This document shows, one piece after another, positions 9,396-19,380 of a stretch of DNA of 64,000 bases. Every line of letters begins with the position of its first letter. The first letter of the stretch is position 1. Origin of the DNA: an uncultured Acidobacteriota bacterium (lineage in GTDB: Bacteria > Acidobacteriota > Thermoanaerobaculia > Multivoradales > UBA5704); NCBI GenBank assembly GCA_963770895.1, contig CAVYRF010000002.1:1504001-1568000 (forward strand), written 5' to 3'. The translations under genes and the position numbers were made by a program. The notes under the pieces were generated by a model. That model saw nothing but the letters and a program-made list of their open reading frames with translations. It made no database searches and was not told the DNA's origin.

Positions 9396-10562
9396 TCAGG
9401 AGCCCAGCAGCTCGGCCAGCACGGCGACGCCGCGGTCCACCACGTCGGGCGGCGCGGCGGTGAAGCAGACCCGCACGTGCGTCGGATAGGGACCGAAGCT
9501 GGGCCCCGGCGCCACGAACAGGCCGCGCTCCACGCAGTCCTCCAGGAAGCCGCCCAGCCCGCGGGCGTCCAGGCGGTGGGCGACGTCGAGGAACAGGAAG
9601 GTGCTGCCGCCGGGAGCCGGCAGGCCCAGCCGCGCCGCGGCCCGCGCGCCGGTCTGCCGGTACTGGTCGCGCGCCTGCTCGATCCAGGCGTCGCCGGCGC
9701 CGCTCAGCACCTTGACGGCGGCGATCTGCGACGCCGTGGGAGTGCTGTAGAAGCTGTGCAGCCCGACCTTGCCCAGCTGCGGCATGGCGGCGGCCGGGCC
9801 GACGACGTAGCCGCAGCGGTTGCCGGCCATGCCGTACGCCTTGGAAAACGAATGGACCGCAAAGGTGCTGTCCGGCGCCAGCGGCCGGCACCAGGTGTGG
9901 TCGCCGTCGTAAACGTAGTCTTCGTACACCTCGTCGGCGAGGATCCACAGGTCGTGGCGGACCGCCCAGGCGACCAGCGCTTCGACGACGGGGCGCGGGA
10001 TGACCAGCCCGGTCGGGTTGCTGGGGGTGTTCAGGTACAGCGCCACCGTGCGGCCGGTGCGGTGCGCGGCGACCGCCTCGATCGCGGTTTCGGGCGAGTC
10101 GGCGCGAGCGAAGAACGGCACCTCGACGGGCTGTCCATGAAAGGATCTGACGATGCCGGAAATGAGCGGCCAGTGCGGTGCGAGCAGCAGCACTTCGTCA
10201 CCGGGCTCGAGGATCGCGCCGGCAACCGCGCCCAGGGCGCCCGTGGCGCCGGTCGCCACCAGGATGTTTTCGCGCCCGGTCGGGACGCCGGTGCGCCGGC
10301 GGACCCGCTCGGCCACGGCGTCGAGCAGCGCCGGCATGCCCTGCGGCGCGGCATAGCGATGCATGCCGGGATATTGGGCGACGGTGAGGTCCTCCATCCG
10401 GCAGCCCGGCGGCGGCTCCATCCAGGTATCGCCCACGTGCAGGGGGTATGCCTCGCCGGCAAAGGTTGCCAGGCGGTGGGCCAGGGTCGAGTAGACGGCA
10501 CCCGAGATATCGGCCAGCGACGGCGAAAAGTGGGGATGTCCGGGCATGGCGACGGCACTCAT
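9396..10562 (-). CDS. PLP-dependent aminotransferase class I/II
   Basis: NTPSNPTG, ADEVY and SFSKAYGMAGNRCGY (PLP lysine) motifs. Confidence 0.92.
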   Translation of the reverse strand: MSAVAMPGHPHFSPSLADISGAVYSTLAHRLATFAGEAYPLHVGDTWMEPPPGCRMEDLTVAQYPGMHRYAAPQGMPALLDAVAERVRRRTGVPTGRENILVATGATGALGAVAGAILEPGDEVLLLAPHWPLISGIVRSFHGQPVEVPFFARADSPETAIEAVAAHRTGRTVALYLNTPSNPTGLVIPRPVVEALVAWAVRHDLWILADEVYEDYVYDGDHTWCRPLAPDSTFAVHSFSKAYGMAGNRCGYVVGPAAAMPQLGKVGLHSFYSTPTASQIAAVKVLSGAGDAWIEQARDQYRQTGARAAARLGLPAPGGSTFLFLDVAHRLDARGLGGFLEDCVERGLFVAPGPSFGPYPTHVRVCFTAAPPDVVDRGVAVLAELLGS

Positions 10563-10685
10563 GCTATCGCAGAGGCATGCTACGCGCGCGCCCGGCCGCC
10601 GGCACCACCGGCGGCGCCGGCTGTTGACGGAATGCTGGCAATTGACTCGATAGCGTATACTTTGTGGTGATCCCGAGACTCTCTA

Positions 10686-12965
10686 TTGCGCGATGATCGA
10701 CCCATCCGCGCCGCGCTCGCCCTGGCTCTGATCCTGGGCGCCTTGGCGTTGCTGTACCTCCAGGTTACCGAGACGGCACGCAGCGAAGCGCGCCGACTCG
10801 GTTACAACCTGGTGAACCAGCCGGAAGGCATTCGCATCCAGCCGGTCATCCCGGGCCTCCCCGCCGACCGTGCCGGCCTGCGCGACAACGACCTGGTGAC
10901 CGCGGTCAACGGCGTGGCGGTGCACGATCAGGCGGACTACGGCCCCATCGCCAAGCGCTTCCGCGCCGGCGCGCCGGTGGTCTTCCGCGTCGTGCGCCAG
11001 GGCCGCACCCTGGAGCTGACGGCGCATCCGGGCGTGGCATTCCCGCTGTTCGCCGTCCTGTTCAATGCCGTAGCCGCCTTCGGCTTCCTGGCGGTAGCCC
11101 TGCTGGCCGTGATGCAGGGGTTCAAGGACCTGCGCACCCGGCTGCTGCTCGGGTTCACCGGCGCGGTGGCGCTCGAGCTGCTGCTGCCGGGCGCGATCCT
11201 CTCCGTCATCGGCAGCGGCTGGCTGGGCGCCGCCTCCACCAGCGCCTTCTACCTGCTCGCCGGCGTGCAGTTCGCCCTGGAGCTCCACCTGGCGTCGCTG
11301 ATCCCCGAGCGCCCGCGATGGCTGCAGCGGCGCGGGTGGGTCGTGCCCCTCTACTACGCCGTCGGCATCGGCGTCGGCTGCACCCTGTGCGCCACCTACC
11401 TGACCGACGAGGTGATGGGCAAGCGGGTCTTCCCCTGGAGCAGCCTGCAGGCCGACAGCTGGCTCAATCAGATCGCCCTGCCGTTCTGGGCGCTGGCGGT
11501 GTCGGTGCTGCTCGGCGCGCAGGCGCTGCGGCACGCCGAACCGCGCGGGCGCCACCAGGCGGGGCTGGTGCTGTCGGCGACGGCGGCCTGGTTTTTCTTC
11601 ACCCTGTACAGCTCGGTGGTGCTGCAGACGGGAGCGCCGGTGCCGCGCTGGATCGTGCCGCTGCAGACCTTCGTCCTGCTCTGCTACCCGGTGGCGATGT
11701 TCGCCGCCATCTTCCGCTATCACCTGTTCGACATCGAGCTGGCGGTGCGCCGCGGGCTGCTCTACACCACCGTGAGCGGCGCCCTGGTGCTGGTCTTCTA
11801 CGGCGCGCTGGGCGGGCTGTCGCTGCTGCTGCCCTCGTCGTTCCGCGGCCAGCCGCCGATGTGGGCGGTGGCCATCGCCATGCTGTTGCTGGGTCTGCTG
11901 TTCGCGCCGCTGCGCCGCTTCGCCCACCGCCTCATCGACCGCGGTTTCTTCCCCGAGCGCAACGAGATGCGGCAGCGGCTCATCACCCTGGCCGCCGAGC
12001 TGCCGGCGCTCGGCAAGCTGCCGCTGATGGGGCGCCACCTGGTGTCGCGGCTCGAACCGATCTTCGGCTCGCGCGGCGCGATGCTGCTGATCGCCAGCCC
12101 CGAAAGCGGCCTGCTCAAGGTGCTGGCCGCCACCGGCAGCCGCTGGGGAGCGATGGAGCGCTCGTTCCTGGTGGCGCTCGACGACCCCGGCGTCGAGATG
12201 CTGCGGCGCGCCTCGCGGCCGTGCGCCATGGCGCAGCTTGCCGCCCGCAGCCCGGCGCTCGCGCACCGCATGGCGGACCTGGACCCCGCCGGGCTGTGGG
12301 TGCCGCTGCTCAGCCACCAGCGGCTGATCGGCGCGCTGTTGATCGGCGCCCGCGAAGACGGGCAGCCCTACCTTTCCGAGGAACAGGACCTGCTGATCCT
12401 GCTGGCCCACCATGCCGCCTCGGTGATCGAGAACGCCCGCCTGTTCGAATCCGCCACCTACGAGAGCCTGACCGGCCTGCTGCGCCGCGAGGCGATCCTG
12501 GAGCAGCTGGACAAGGAGCTGGAGCGGGCACAGCGCTACGGCCGGCCGCTGACCCTGGCGATGGCCGACCTGGACTACTTCAAGGAGGTCAACGACCGCT
12601 ACGGCCACCTGGCCGGCGACACGCTGCTCAAGGCGATCTCGACGGTCGCCGCCGAGGGGCTGCGCAGCACCGACCTGATCGGCCGCTACGGCGGCGAGGA
12701 ATTTCTGGTGCTGCTGCCCGAAACCGAGATCGCCGGCGCCGTCAGCGTCGCCGAAAAGATCCGCAACCTGGTGCAGGCCACGTCAGTGCCGATGGACGAC
12801 GGCTCGCTGGTCGGCGTCACCATCTCGATCGGCCTGGCTTCGTTGCGCGACGACCACCCACGGCAGGACCGCCTGACCAGCCGCGACCTGATCGCCGCCG
12901 CCGACCGTTCCCTCTACGAAGCCAAGAACGCCGGCCGCAACCGCGTCTTCCCCATGGTCGCCTGA
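10686..12965 (+). CDS. Membrane diguanylate cyclase (PDZ + multi-TM + GAF-like + GGDEF)
   Basis: PDZ-like VIPGLPADRAGLRDNDLV; several TM helices; DLDYFKEVNDRYGHLAGD, RSTD I-site and GRYGGEEF active site. Confidence 0.92.
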   Translation: MRDDRPIRAALALALILGALALLYLQVTETARSEARRLGYNLVNQPEGIRIQPVIPGLPADRAGLRDNDLVTAVNGVAVHDQADYGPIAKRFRAGAPVVFRVVRQGRTLELTAHPGVAFPLFAVLFNAVAAFGFLAVALLAVMQGFKDLRTRLLLGFTGAVALELLLPGAILSVIGSGWLGAASTSAFYLLAGVQFALELHLASLIPERPRWLQRRGWVVPLYYAVGIGVGCTLCATYLTDEVMGKRVFPWSSLQADSWLNQIALPFWALAVSVLLGAQALRHAEPRGRHQAGLVLSATAAWFFFTLYSSVVLQTGAPVPRWIVPLQTFVLLCYPVAMFAAIFRYHLFDIELAVRRGLLYTTVSGALVLVFYGALGGLSLLLPSSFRGQPPMWAVAIAMLLLGLLFAPLRRFAHRLIDRGFFPERNEMRQRLITLAAELPALGKLPLMGRHLVSRLEPIFGSRGAMLLIASPESGLLKVLAATGSRWGAMERSFLVALDDPGVEMLRRASRPCAMAQLAARSPALAHRMADLDPAGLWVPLLSHQRLIGALLIGAREDGQPYLSEEQDLLILLAHHAASVIENARLFESATYESLTGLLRREAILEQLDKELERAQRYGRPLTLAMADLDYFKEVNDRYGHLAGDTLLKAISTVAAEGLRSTDLIGRYGGEEFLVLLPETEIAGAVSVAEKIRNLVQATSVPMDDGSLVGVTISIGLASLRDDHPRQDRLTSRDLIAAADRSLYEAKNAGRNRVFPMVA

Positions 12966-13051
12966 GCGCCTCCCGGCTTCCCGGCGTCCCCGGGGCTGCC
13001 CGCGGCAAGGCGCGGTTCGGGCAACGCGGCAGGTGCTAGCATGGCCCCGGC

Positions 13052-13426
13052 ATGGAACCGGTCCTGATCGAAGTGCTGCGGCAGCCTGAGGTGCGGCGGC
13101 TGCGGCTCACCTGGAGCGACGGCCACGCGGCCGCGTACGACTGCGACTACCTGCGGGCCTGGTGCCCCTGCGCCGGCTGCCAGGGACACGTGGGTCTGAC
13201 CATCCGCTACCAGCCGGCGGCGGGGCCGGTGAAGGCGGACGGCATCCAGGCGGTGGGCAACTACGCCATTTCGATCGCCTGGTCGGACGGTCACTCGACC
13301 GGCATCTACCGCTTCGATTTCCTGCGCCAGATCTGCCCCTGCGCCGTCTGCCAGGGCGGCGCGGCGGACGCGGCCGGCACGGCGGGCGCGGTGGGCGCCA
13401 AGGGCAGCGTCACTCTGGAACCCTGA
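13052..13426 (+). CDS. DUF971 / GBBH-like N-terminal domain protein
   Basis: WSDGH...YLRAWCPCAGC...VGNYAISIAWSDGHSTGIY.F..LR signature. Confidence 0.88.
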   Translation: MEPVLIEVLRQPEVRRLRLTWSDGHAAAYDCDYLRAWCPCAGCQGHVGLTIRYQPAAGPVKADGIQAVGNYAISIAWSDGHSTGIYRFDFLRQICPCAVCQGGAADAAGTAGAVGAKGSVTLEP

Positions 13427-14138
13427 GCGCCAGCCAGCGGTCCAGGTCCAGCGGCGTGTTCAGATTGAGAAACAGCTCTTCCGGCGGGCCAAAACGCCTC
13501 AGCCGGGGGCCTTCCAGGTAGCCCACCTTCAGGCCGGGGACGTGGCGCAGGCGGTGCGGCGCCGCATCCCCCCGGCGCACCGCGGCCGCCAGCGCGGCCA
13601 GCGCCGCCGGCTGATAGAGGGCGCACAGCGGCTCGATGCCGCGGCGCCAGCGCGGCACCACCAGGTCCGCGGCAGGCCTTTCAGGCGACCCCTGCCGGCC
13701 ACGCCCAGGGGCCGCCGGCGACGCCTCGCTGCCGGTGGTGCCGGCGGGGCCGGGACGTCCGCCGCGGCCGGCACGGCCGGCAAGCATCGCCAGCAGCGCC
13801 ACCGGTACCCGCGGCAGGTCGCAGGCCAGAACCAGCAACGGCTGGCCGGGCCGCGCCGCCGCCGCGGCCAGGATGCCGCCGGCGGGCCCCTGGACCGGCT
13901 GGTCAGGCAGCGACAGAAAACCCGCCACCAGCTGGCGCTGGCCGTCGGCGATCAGGACTTCGCCGCACACCGCCAGCAGCCGTTGGGCCGCCAGCTCCGT
14001 CAGCGACGGACCGCCGGCGGTCAGCATCGCCTTGTCCTGTCCCATGCGCCGCGAGCGCCCGCCGGCCAGCACGACGCCCACGACGCCGGCGGCCGGTGGC
14101 GCCAAAGGCAGCGTGGTAGCATCGCCGCCCGTCTGCAT
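13410..14138 (-). CDS. mobA: Molybdenum cofactor guanylyltransferase MobA
   Basis: VLAGGRSRRMGQDKA, GPAGG, LACDLP, EPLCALY, NLNTP.D motifs; exact start uncertain. Confidence 0.85.
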   Translation of the reverse strand: MQTGGDATTLPLAPPAAGVVGVVLAGGRSRRMGQDKAMLTAGGPSLTELAAQRLLAVCGEVLIADGQRQLVAGFLSLPDQPVQGPAGGILAAAAARPGQPLLVLACDLPRVPVALLAMLAGRAGRGGRPGPAGTTGSEASPAAPGRGRQGSPERPAADLVVPRWRRGIEPLCALYQPAALAALAAAVRRGDAAPHRLRHVPGLKVGYLEGPRLRRFGPPEELFLNLNTPLDLDRWLALRVPE

Positions 14139-14162
14139 CTTCAAGCAAGGAGGAGATTCCAT

Positions 14163-14732
14163 ATGCATGCCAGCTTAGCTCTGATCGCCGCGCTGCTGGC
14201 CGCCATCGCGCCGGCCACGCCGGCGCCGGCGCCCGCGGCCAAGCCCAACCCGCGCGTCACCCTGGAAACCAGCAAGGGGAAGATCGTCATCGAGCTGTTC
14301 CCCACCAAGGCGCCCAAAACCGTCGAAAACTTCCTGCACTACGTCAAGACGGGCCACTACGACGGCACCGTGTTCCACCGGATCATCGCCGGCTTCATGG
14401 TCCAGGGCGGCGGCTTCGACACCAAGGGTGTCGAAAAGCCCACCGGCGCGCCGATCCACAACGAATCCAACAACGGCGTCTCCAACGTGCGCGGCACCAT
14501 CGCCATGGCGCGCACCGGCGACCCGCACAGCGCCACCGCCCAGTTCTTCATCAACGTGGTGGACAACAGCCGCCTGGACTACAGCGCCACCCCGCAGCGC
14601 TGGGGCTATACGGCCTTCGGCAACGTGGTCGCCGGCATGGACGTGGTGGATGCCATCGCCGCCGTGCAAACCGGAGCGGGCGACCAGCCGGTGCAGCCGG
14701 TGATCCTGCAGAAGGCGACGCTCACCCACTGA
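14163..14732 (+). CDS. ppiA: Cyclophilin-type peptidyl-prolyl isomerase with signal peptide
   Basis: RBS AAGGAGGAG; APKTVENFL.Y, FHRII.GFMVQGGG, GTIAMART..PHSATAQFFIN, GYTAFG.V. Confidence 0.93.
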   Translation: MHASLALIAALLAAIAPATPAPAPAAKPNPRVTLETSKGKIVIELFPTKAPKTVENFLHYVKTGHYDGTVFHRIIAGFMVQGGGFDTKGVEKPTGAPIHNESNNGVSNVRGTIAMARTGDPHSATAQFFINVVDNSRLDYSATPQRWGYTAFGNVVAGMDVVDAIAAVQTGAGDQPVQPVILQKATLTH

Positions 14733-14962
14733 CAAAGCGTAGGACCGCCGGCCGCCGGGCCGCAGCGCGGCCTGGCGCCGCCTGTGCCCGGCGGCTCGCG
14801 GGCTGCCGCGGCGGCAAGCAACTCGGCTGATGCTGGCGCGCGGCGCGGTGCCCGCGGCGCGCGGGCAGCAGGCAGGCGGTGCCTGCGGCGCAAGGCCGGA
14901 ATGTCAGGGCGTCACGACATCGGGTATCGGGTGCCAGGTGCCTGGCCAGGTGTCAGGAGGGA

Positions 14963-15047
<85 letters not shown>

Positions 15048-15091
15048 TCAAACGTCATTCTACTGGCCCTGGCGCCGTTCAGCGTGTGTCG

Positions 15092-15535
15092 CTAGTGGGC
15101 CGGCGCGGGGCTGGGAGTCTGCGGCGCCGGCGCGCTGGACCCCTTGGGGGGCGAGACGGGCGCCGGAGAGGCCGGGTTGGGTGCCGCCGGACGGGGCGCG
15201 CTGGTGCCGGCGCCGGCGGGAGGCGTGGCCGGCGCCTGCGTCTTGCGTGCCGCGGCGGCCTTGCCCGCCGCCGTGGTCTTACCGGCCGCGTCGCTCAGGA
15301 CCGACTTGCCGCCACCGAAGTGGATGCCGATCGCCAGGGTGGTCAGCACGAAGATGATGAACGAGGCGACCGTGAGCTTGTGCAGGAAGGTGGTGGCCCC
15401 CCGCGCGCCAAAGGCGGTCTGGGTGCTGCCGCCGCCGAAGACGGAAAGATCGGCGCCCTTGCCCTGCTGCAGCAGGACGACCAGGATCAAGAAGACGCAA
15501 ACCAGCACGTGCAGCGTGTACACCAGGTAGATCAC
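15092..15535 (-). CDS. secG: Preprotein translocase subunit SecG
   Basis: LILVVLLQQGKGADLSVFGGGSTQTAFGARGATTFLHKLT signature; follows tpiA. Confidence 0.95.
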   Translation of the reverse strand: MIYLVYTLHVLVCVFLILVVLLQQGKGADLSVFGGGSTQTAFGARGATTFLHKLTVASFIIFVLTTLAIGIHFGGGKSVLSDAAGKTTAAGKAAAARKTQAPATPPAGAGTSAPRPAAPNPASPAPVSPPKGSSAPAPQTPSPAPAH

Positions 15536-15603
15536 GGATCAAGCCTCCAAGCAGGTGAAGGACCGGGAATCAGGCTGGAGCGCTTCTCGCGCGAGACGGC
15601 CCT

Positions 15604-16413
15604 TCAACCGGAGCCCGCTATGATAGCAAGGAACTGCCGCGGGTCAAGACTTGCGCCGCCGACCAGAAAGCCGTCGATGTCGGGTTCGGCGATCAGCGTC
15701 GCCGCGTTGGCCGGCGTGACCGAGCCGCCGTAGAGCAGCGTCACCGCGTCGGCGTCCACCCGGGCCAGCGCGCAGACGGTGCGCCGCACCACGGCGTGCA
15801 CCTCCTGGGCGATCTGCGGGCTGGCGGTCAGGCCGGTGCCGATCGCCCACACCGGCTCGTAGGCGACGACCAGCGGCACCGGCGGACCGGGGTGCCGGGC
15901 AAGGCCTCCCAGCAGCTGGCGTTCGAGCACCCCGAAGGTGCTCCCCGCCTCGCGCTGCTGCTGCGTCTCGCCGACGCAGAGCAGCGGCACCAGGCCGTGG
16001 CTCGCCGCCGCCTCCACCTTGTGGGCGATCAGCTCGTCGCTTTCGCCGTGATCGCGGCGGCGCTCGCTGTGGCCGCACAGCACCCAGCGGCACCCGGCGT
16101 CGGCCAGCTGCGGCCCCGACACGTCACCGGTGTGCGCCCCCTTGGCGGCGGGGTGGAGATCCTGCCCCCCCACCTCCACGGCGCTGCCGGCCAGCTCGCG
16201 GGCCACCACCGGGAGCAGCGGAAACGAGGGAAACAGCAGCACCCGCGGAGTGCCTCCCGGCTGCGCCGCACTTGCGGCTTCGGGCAGACCGCGCAGCAGG
16301 TCGGCGCAATAGGCGGCCGCATCCGCCCGCCCCAGATTCATCTTCCAGTTGCCGGCGTAGATGCGGCGCCGCGCGCCCCCGCCCTCGCTCCCCACCCCGC
16401 TGCCGGCGCTCAC
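15604..16413 (-). CDS. tpiA: Triosephosphate isomerase
   Basis: AGNWKMN, GAHTGDVS, GHSERR, AYEPVWAIGTG, LYGGSV, GFLVGGASL; GTG start overlaps the pgk stop. Confidence 0.96.
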   Translation of the reverse strand: MSAGSGVGSEGGGARRRIYAGNWKMNLGRADAAAYCADLLRGLPEAASAAQPGGTPRVLLFPSFPLLPVVARELAGSAVEVGGQDLHPAAKGAHTGDVSGPQLADAGCRWVLCGHSERRRDHGESDELIAHKVEAAASHGLVPLLCVGETQQQREAGSTFGVLERQLLGGLARHPGPPVPLVVAYEPVWAIGTGLTASPQIAQEVHAVVRRTVCALARVDADAVTLLYGGSVTPANAATLIAEPDIDGFLVGGASLDPRQFLAIIAGSG

Positions 16414-17612
16414 GAGCGGTACTCCAGCACGGCGATGCCGGGCAGCTCGCGGCCGGCCAGAAACTCCAGCGAGGCGCCGCCGCCGGTCGAGACGTGTCCG
16501 ATCCGGGCGGCGACTCCGGCCTGGTGCGCCGCGGCAACGGTTTCGCCGCCGCCGATCACCGAGAAGCCGGCGCAATCGGCCAGCGCCTGCGCCACCTCGC
16601 GCGTGCCGGCGTCGAAGGGCGGGCGCTCGAAGACACCGAGCGGGCCGTTCCAGAAGAGCGTGCGGGCGGCGCCGATCGCCGCCGCGAAGTCGCGCCGGGT
16701 GGCCGGCCCGACGTCCACCGCCTTCATGCCCGGCGGCACGGCGCCGGCGGCGACGGTTTCGACGCGGCGCGGGTTGTCCAGGTCGTCGGTGACCACCAGA
16801 TCGGACGGCAGCTTCACCGTCACCCCATGGCGCTCGGCGCTGGCCAGGATGTCGCGCGCCACGTCCAGGCGCTCTTTTTCGAAGAGCGACGCCGCCATGT
16901 CGTGACCCTGGGCAGCCAGAAAGGTGTTGGCCATGCCGCCGCCCACCAGCACCACGTCGAGGCGCGGCAGGAGGTTGGCCAGGGTGTCGATCTTGCCCTC
17001 GATCTTGGCGCCGCCCAGAAGCGCGGTAAAGGGGCGCTCCGGCTCGCCCAGCAGCCGGCCGAGCGACGTCACCTCTTTTTCCATCAGGCGCCCGGCGGCC
17101 CGGCGCGGCAGGTGAGCGACGATGCCCACCACCGAGGCGTGCGCGCGATGGGCGCTGCCGAACGCGTCGTCCACGTAGGCGTCGGCCAGCTCGGCCAGCG
17201 CCGCCGCGAAGCCGGGGTCGTTCTGCGTCTCGCCGGCGTGGAAGCGGAGGTTCTCCAGCAGCACCACGCCGCCCGGGATCACCTCTTCGACCGCCTCGTG
17301 GGCAGCGGCCCCCACGCAGTCGGTGGCAAAGGCGACCGGCGAGCGCAGCAGCTCGGCCAGCTTGCGCGCCACCGGCCGCAGGCTGTACCGCGGGTCGGGG
17401 GCGCCCTTGGGGCGGCCGCAATGCGAAGCCAGGACCAGGCGGCCACCGGCGGCGGCCAGCTCGCGCAGGGTCGGCACGGCCTCCTGCAGGCGCGTCGCGT
17501 CCATCACCTCGCCGTCCGGCGACAGCGGCACGTTGAAATCGACGCGCACGAAGATGCGCTGCCCGGCAAGGCGCCGGAAATCGAGATCGGACAGGGTCAG
17601 CAAGGGGATCAT
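16410..17612 (-). CDS. pgk: Phosphoglycerate kinase
   Basis: VRVDFNVP, LLENLRF, DAFGSAHRAHAS, GGAK, WNGPLGVFE, HVSTGGGASLEFL. Confidence 0.96.
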   Translation of the reverse strand: MIPLLTLSDLDFRRLAGQRIFVRVDFNVPLSPDGEVMDATRLQEAVPTLRELAAAGGRLVLASHCGRPKGAPDPRYSLRPVARKLAELLRSPVAFATDCVGAAAHEAVEEVIPGGVVLLENLRFHAGETQNDPGFAAALAELADAYVDDAFGSAHRAHASVVGIVAHLPRRAAGRLMEKEVTSLGRLLGEPERPFTALLGGAKIEGKIDTLANLLPRLDVVLVGGGMANTFLAAQGHDMAASLFEKERLDVARDILASAERHGVTVKLPSDLVVTDDLDNPRRVETVAAGAVPPGMKAVDVGPATRRDFAAAIGAARTLFWNGPLGVFERPPFDAGTREVAQALADCAGFSVIGGGETVAAAHQAGVAARIGHVSTGGGASLEFLAGRELPGIAVLEYRS

Positions 17613-17627
17613 GGCGTGGCTCTCTCC

Positions 17628-18677
17628 TCAGCGCGAAGGTGGTGGCACAGCGGCAGCGGCGGCAGCGTCAGTGGCAAGCCGCACCAGCAGGTCGGCCAGG
17701 CGGTTGGCATAGCCCCACTCGTTGTCGTACCAGGCGACGACCCGCACCAGGCCGTCCCGCTCTTCGATCAGCGGCAGGTCGACGACGCCCGAGCGCGGCT
17801 CGCCGACGAAGTCGGACGACACCAGGGCGTCGTCGACCGCTCCCAGGACCTCCGCCATCGCGCCGTCGGAGGCGGCCCGGAAGGCCTGCCGCACCGCGGC
17901 GGCATCCGGCGCGTCGCGCAGGTCGGCGACCAGGTCGAGCATCGCCACGACGGGTGTCGGCACCCGCACGGTGAGCCCGGCGATCCGCCCGGCGAGCGAC
18001 GGCAGCACCAGGCCCAGCGCCGCCGGGGTGGTGGTCGCAACCGGCACGATGTTCAGCCCCGCGGCGCGCGCCCGGCGCGGATCGGCGTGGGCGCCGTCGA
18101 GCAGACGCTGGCTTTCGGTATAGCTGTGGATCACCGTCGCCACGCCGCGCCGCAGCCCGAACGAGTCGTCCAGCACCTTGGCCACCAGGGCCAGGCAGTT
18201 GGTGGTGCACGACGCGCCGCTGATCACGAACTGGCGGGCAGGATCCAGGTCGCCATCGTTGACGCCCCGGCACACCGTGACGTCGGCAAGGTCGCCGGGG
18301 TCGGGATTGGCGCTCAGCACCACGTGCCCCGCGCCGCCCGGCGCGGCCAGGTGACCGGCGGCCTGGGCCCGGCCCAGAAACCGTCCAGTGGCCTCCACCA
18401 CCACGTCCACCCGCTGCGACCGCCAGTCGATGCGCGCCGGGTCGGGCTCGTGCCATATCGGCACGAAGCGCCCGTCGATCTCCAGCCCGCCGGCAACCTC
18501 GGCGACCCGGCTGCCGAAGGGTCCGCGCACCGAGTCGCGCGCCAGCAGCCGCGCCAGGACGGGGGCCGCCACCACGTCGTTGACCGCCGCCAGCTGCAGC
18601 TCCGGCCGCTGCCCGGCGACGCGCGCCAGCGCCCGCCCGACGCGGCCCAGACCGTTGATACCGAAGCGCAATGCCAT
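17628..18677 (-). CDS. gap: Type I glyceraldehyde-3-phosphate dehydrogenase
   Basis: GINGLGRVGR, EATGRF, ASCTTNCLA (catalytic Cys), RVPT, WYDNEWGY; first gene of gap-pgk-tpiA. Confidence 0.92.
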   Translation of the reverse strand: MALRFGINGLGRVGRALARVAGQRPELQLAAVNDVVAAPVLARLLARDSVRGPFGSRVAEVAGGLEIDGRFVPIWHEPDPARIDWRSQRVDVVVEATGRFLGRAQAAGHLAAPGGAGHVVLSANPDPGDLADVTVCRGVNDGDLDPARQFVISGASCTTNCLALVAKVLDDSFGLRRGVATVIHSYTESQRLLDGAHADPRRARAAGLNIVPVATTTPAALGLVLPSLAGRIAGLTVRVPTPVVAMLDLVADLRDAPDAAAVRQAFRAASDGAMAEVLGAVDDALVSSDFVGEPRSGVVDLPLIEERDGLVRVVAWYDNEWGYANRLADLLVRLATDAAAAAAVPPPSR

Positions 18678-18866
18678 GATCAGTCTCGCCTGGCCCGCGG
18701 GCCGGCGGCCAGGTACTCTATCAGGCGGTGTCCCGTTGCGGGCTCGCGCCTGCACCATCTTCTAGCGAACGGCTTGAGGGTCTACCGCGCGCCACGTGGC
18801 GGCGGACTGGCGCCAGGCCGCCGGCCGACGAGACCACCGGCACGGCGAACAAGGAGGACCACGACC

Positions 18867-19217
18867 ATGGAAATGGGTAACTACTGCAAGGCCTACCTGG
18901 CCCAGCAATTCCGCCAGTATTCCGGCTGGACCGAGAACAAGGCCAACGTCCGCAAAGAGAAGAAAGAGATCGACGGCAAGGAAGTCGAAGTCGACCGCGA
19001 CCTCGACGACGATTCGATCCTCTACCTGCAGGAGAACTACATCGTCACCGACGGCATCTTCAAAGATGAGAACATCATCTTCGAGAACGTGACCGACGAC
19101 TGGAAGCACTTCTGCACCGAAACCCTCGCCTTCGAGATCCCGGTCTACGAGCCGATCGAGATCCCCAAGGCCCCCGAGGCCGAAGCCCAGCCAGTCGCCC
19201 CGGCTCCCGCCGGCTAG
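18867..19217 (+). CDS. Acidic hypothetical protein (116 aa)
   Basis: Strong RBS AAGGAGG, strongly biased codons; MEMGNYCKAYLAQQFRQYSGWTEN...LYLQENYIVTDGIFKDENIIF. Confidence 0.85.
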   Translation: MEMGNYCKAYLAQQFRQYSGWTENKANVRKEKKEIDGKEVEVDRDLDDDSILYLQENYIVTDGIFKDENIIFENVTDDWKHFCTETLAFEIPVYEPIEIPKAPEAEAQPVAPAPAG

Positions 19218-19380
19218 CGATCCGCACCCGCCGGGCCGCGCCCAGGCGCACCCGGCGACAGGCCCCACCCCGGCGTGGGGCCGGGCTCAGTCGCAAGCCC
19301 GCCTGCCGTCCCGCCAAGGCCCCGCGGCAGCCGCCGCAAAGCCGGGGCCGGCGGGGCGGGCGTTCGCATACACTGTCGCG

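Noticed and set aside
16272-18866. 981-aa plus-strand ORF
   Set aside because: Shadow of pgk/gap; only 18867-19217 looks coding.
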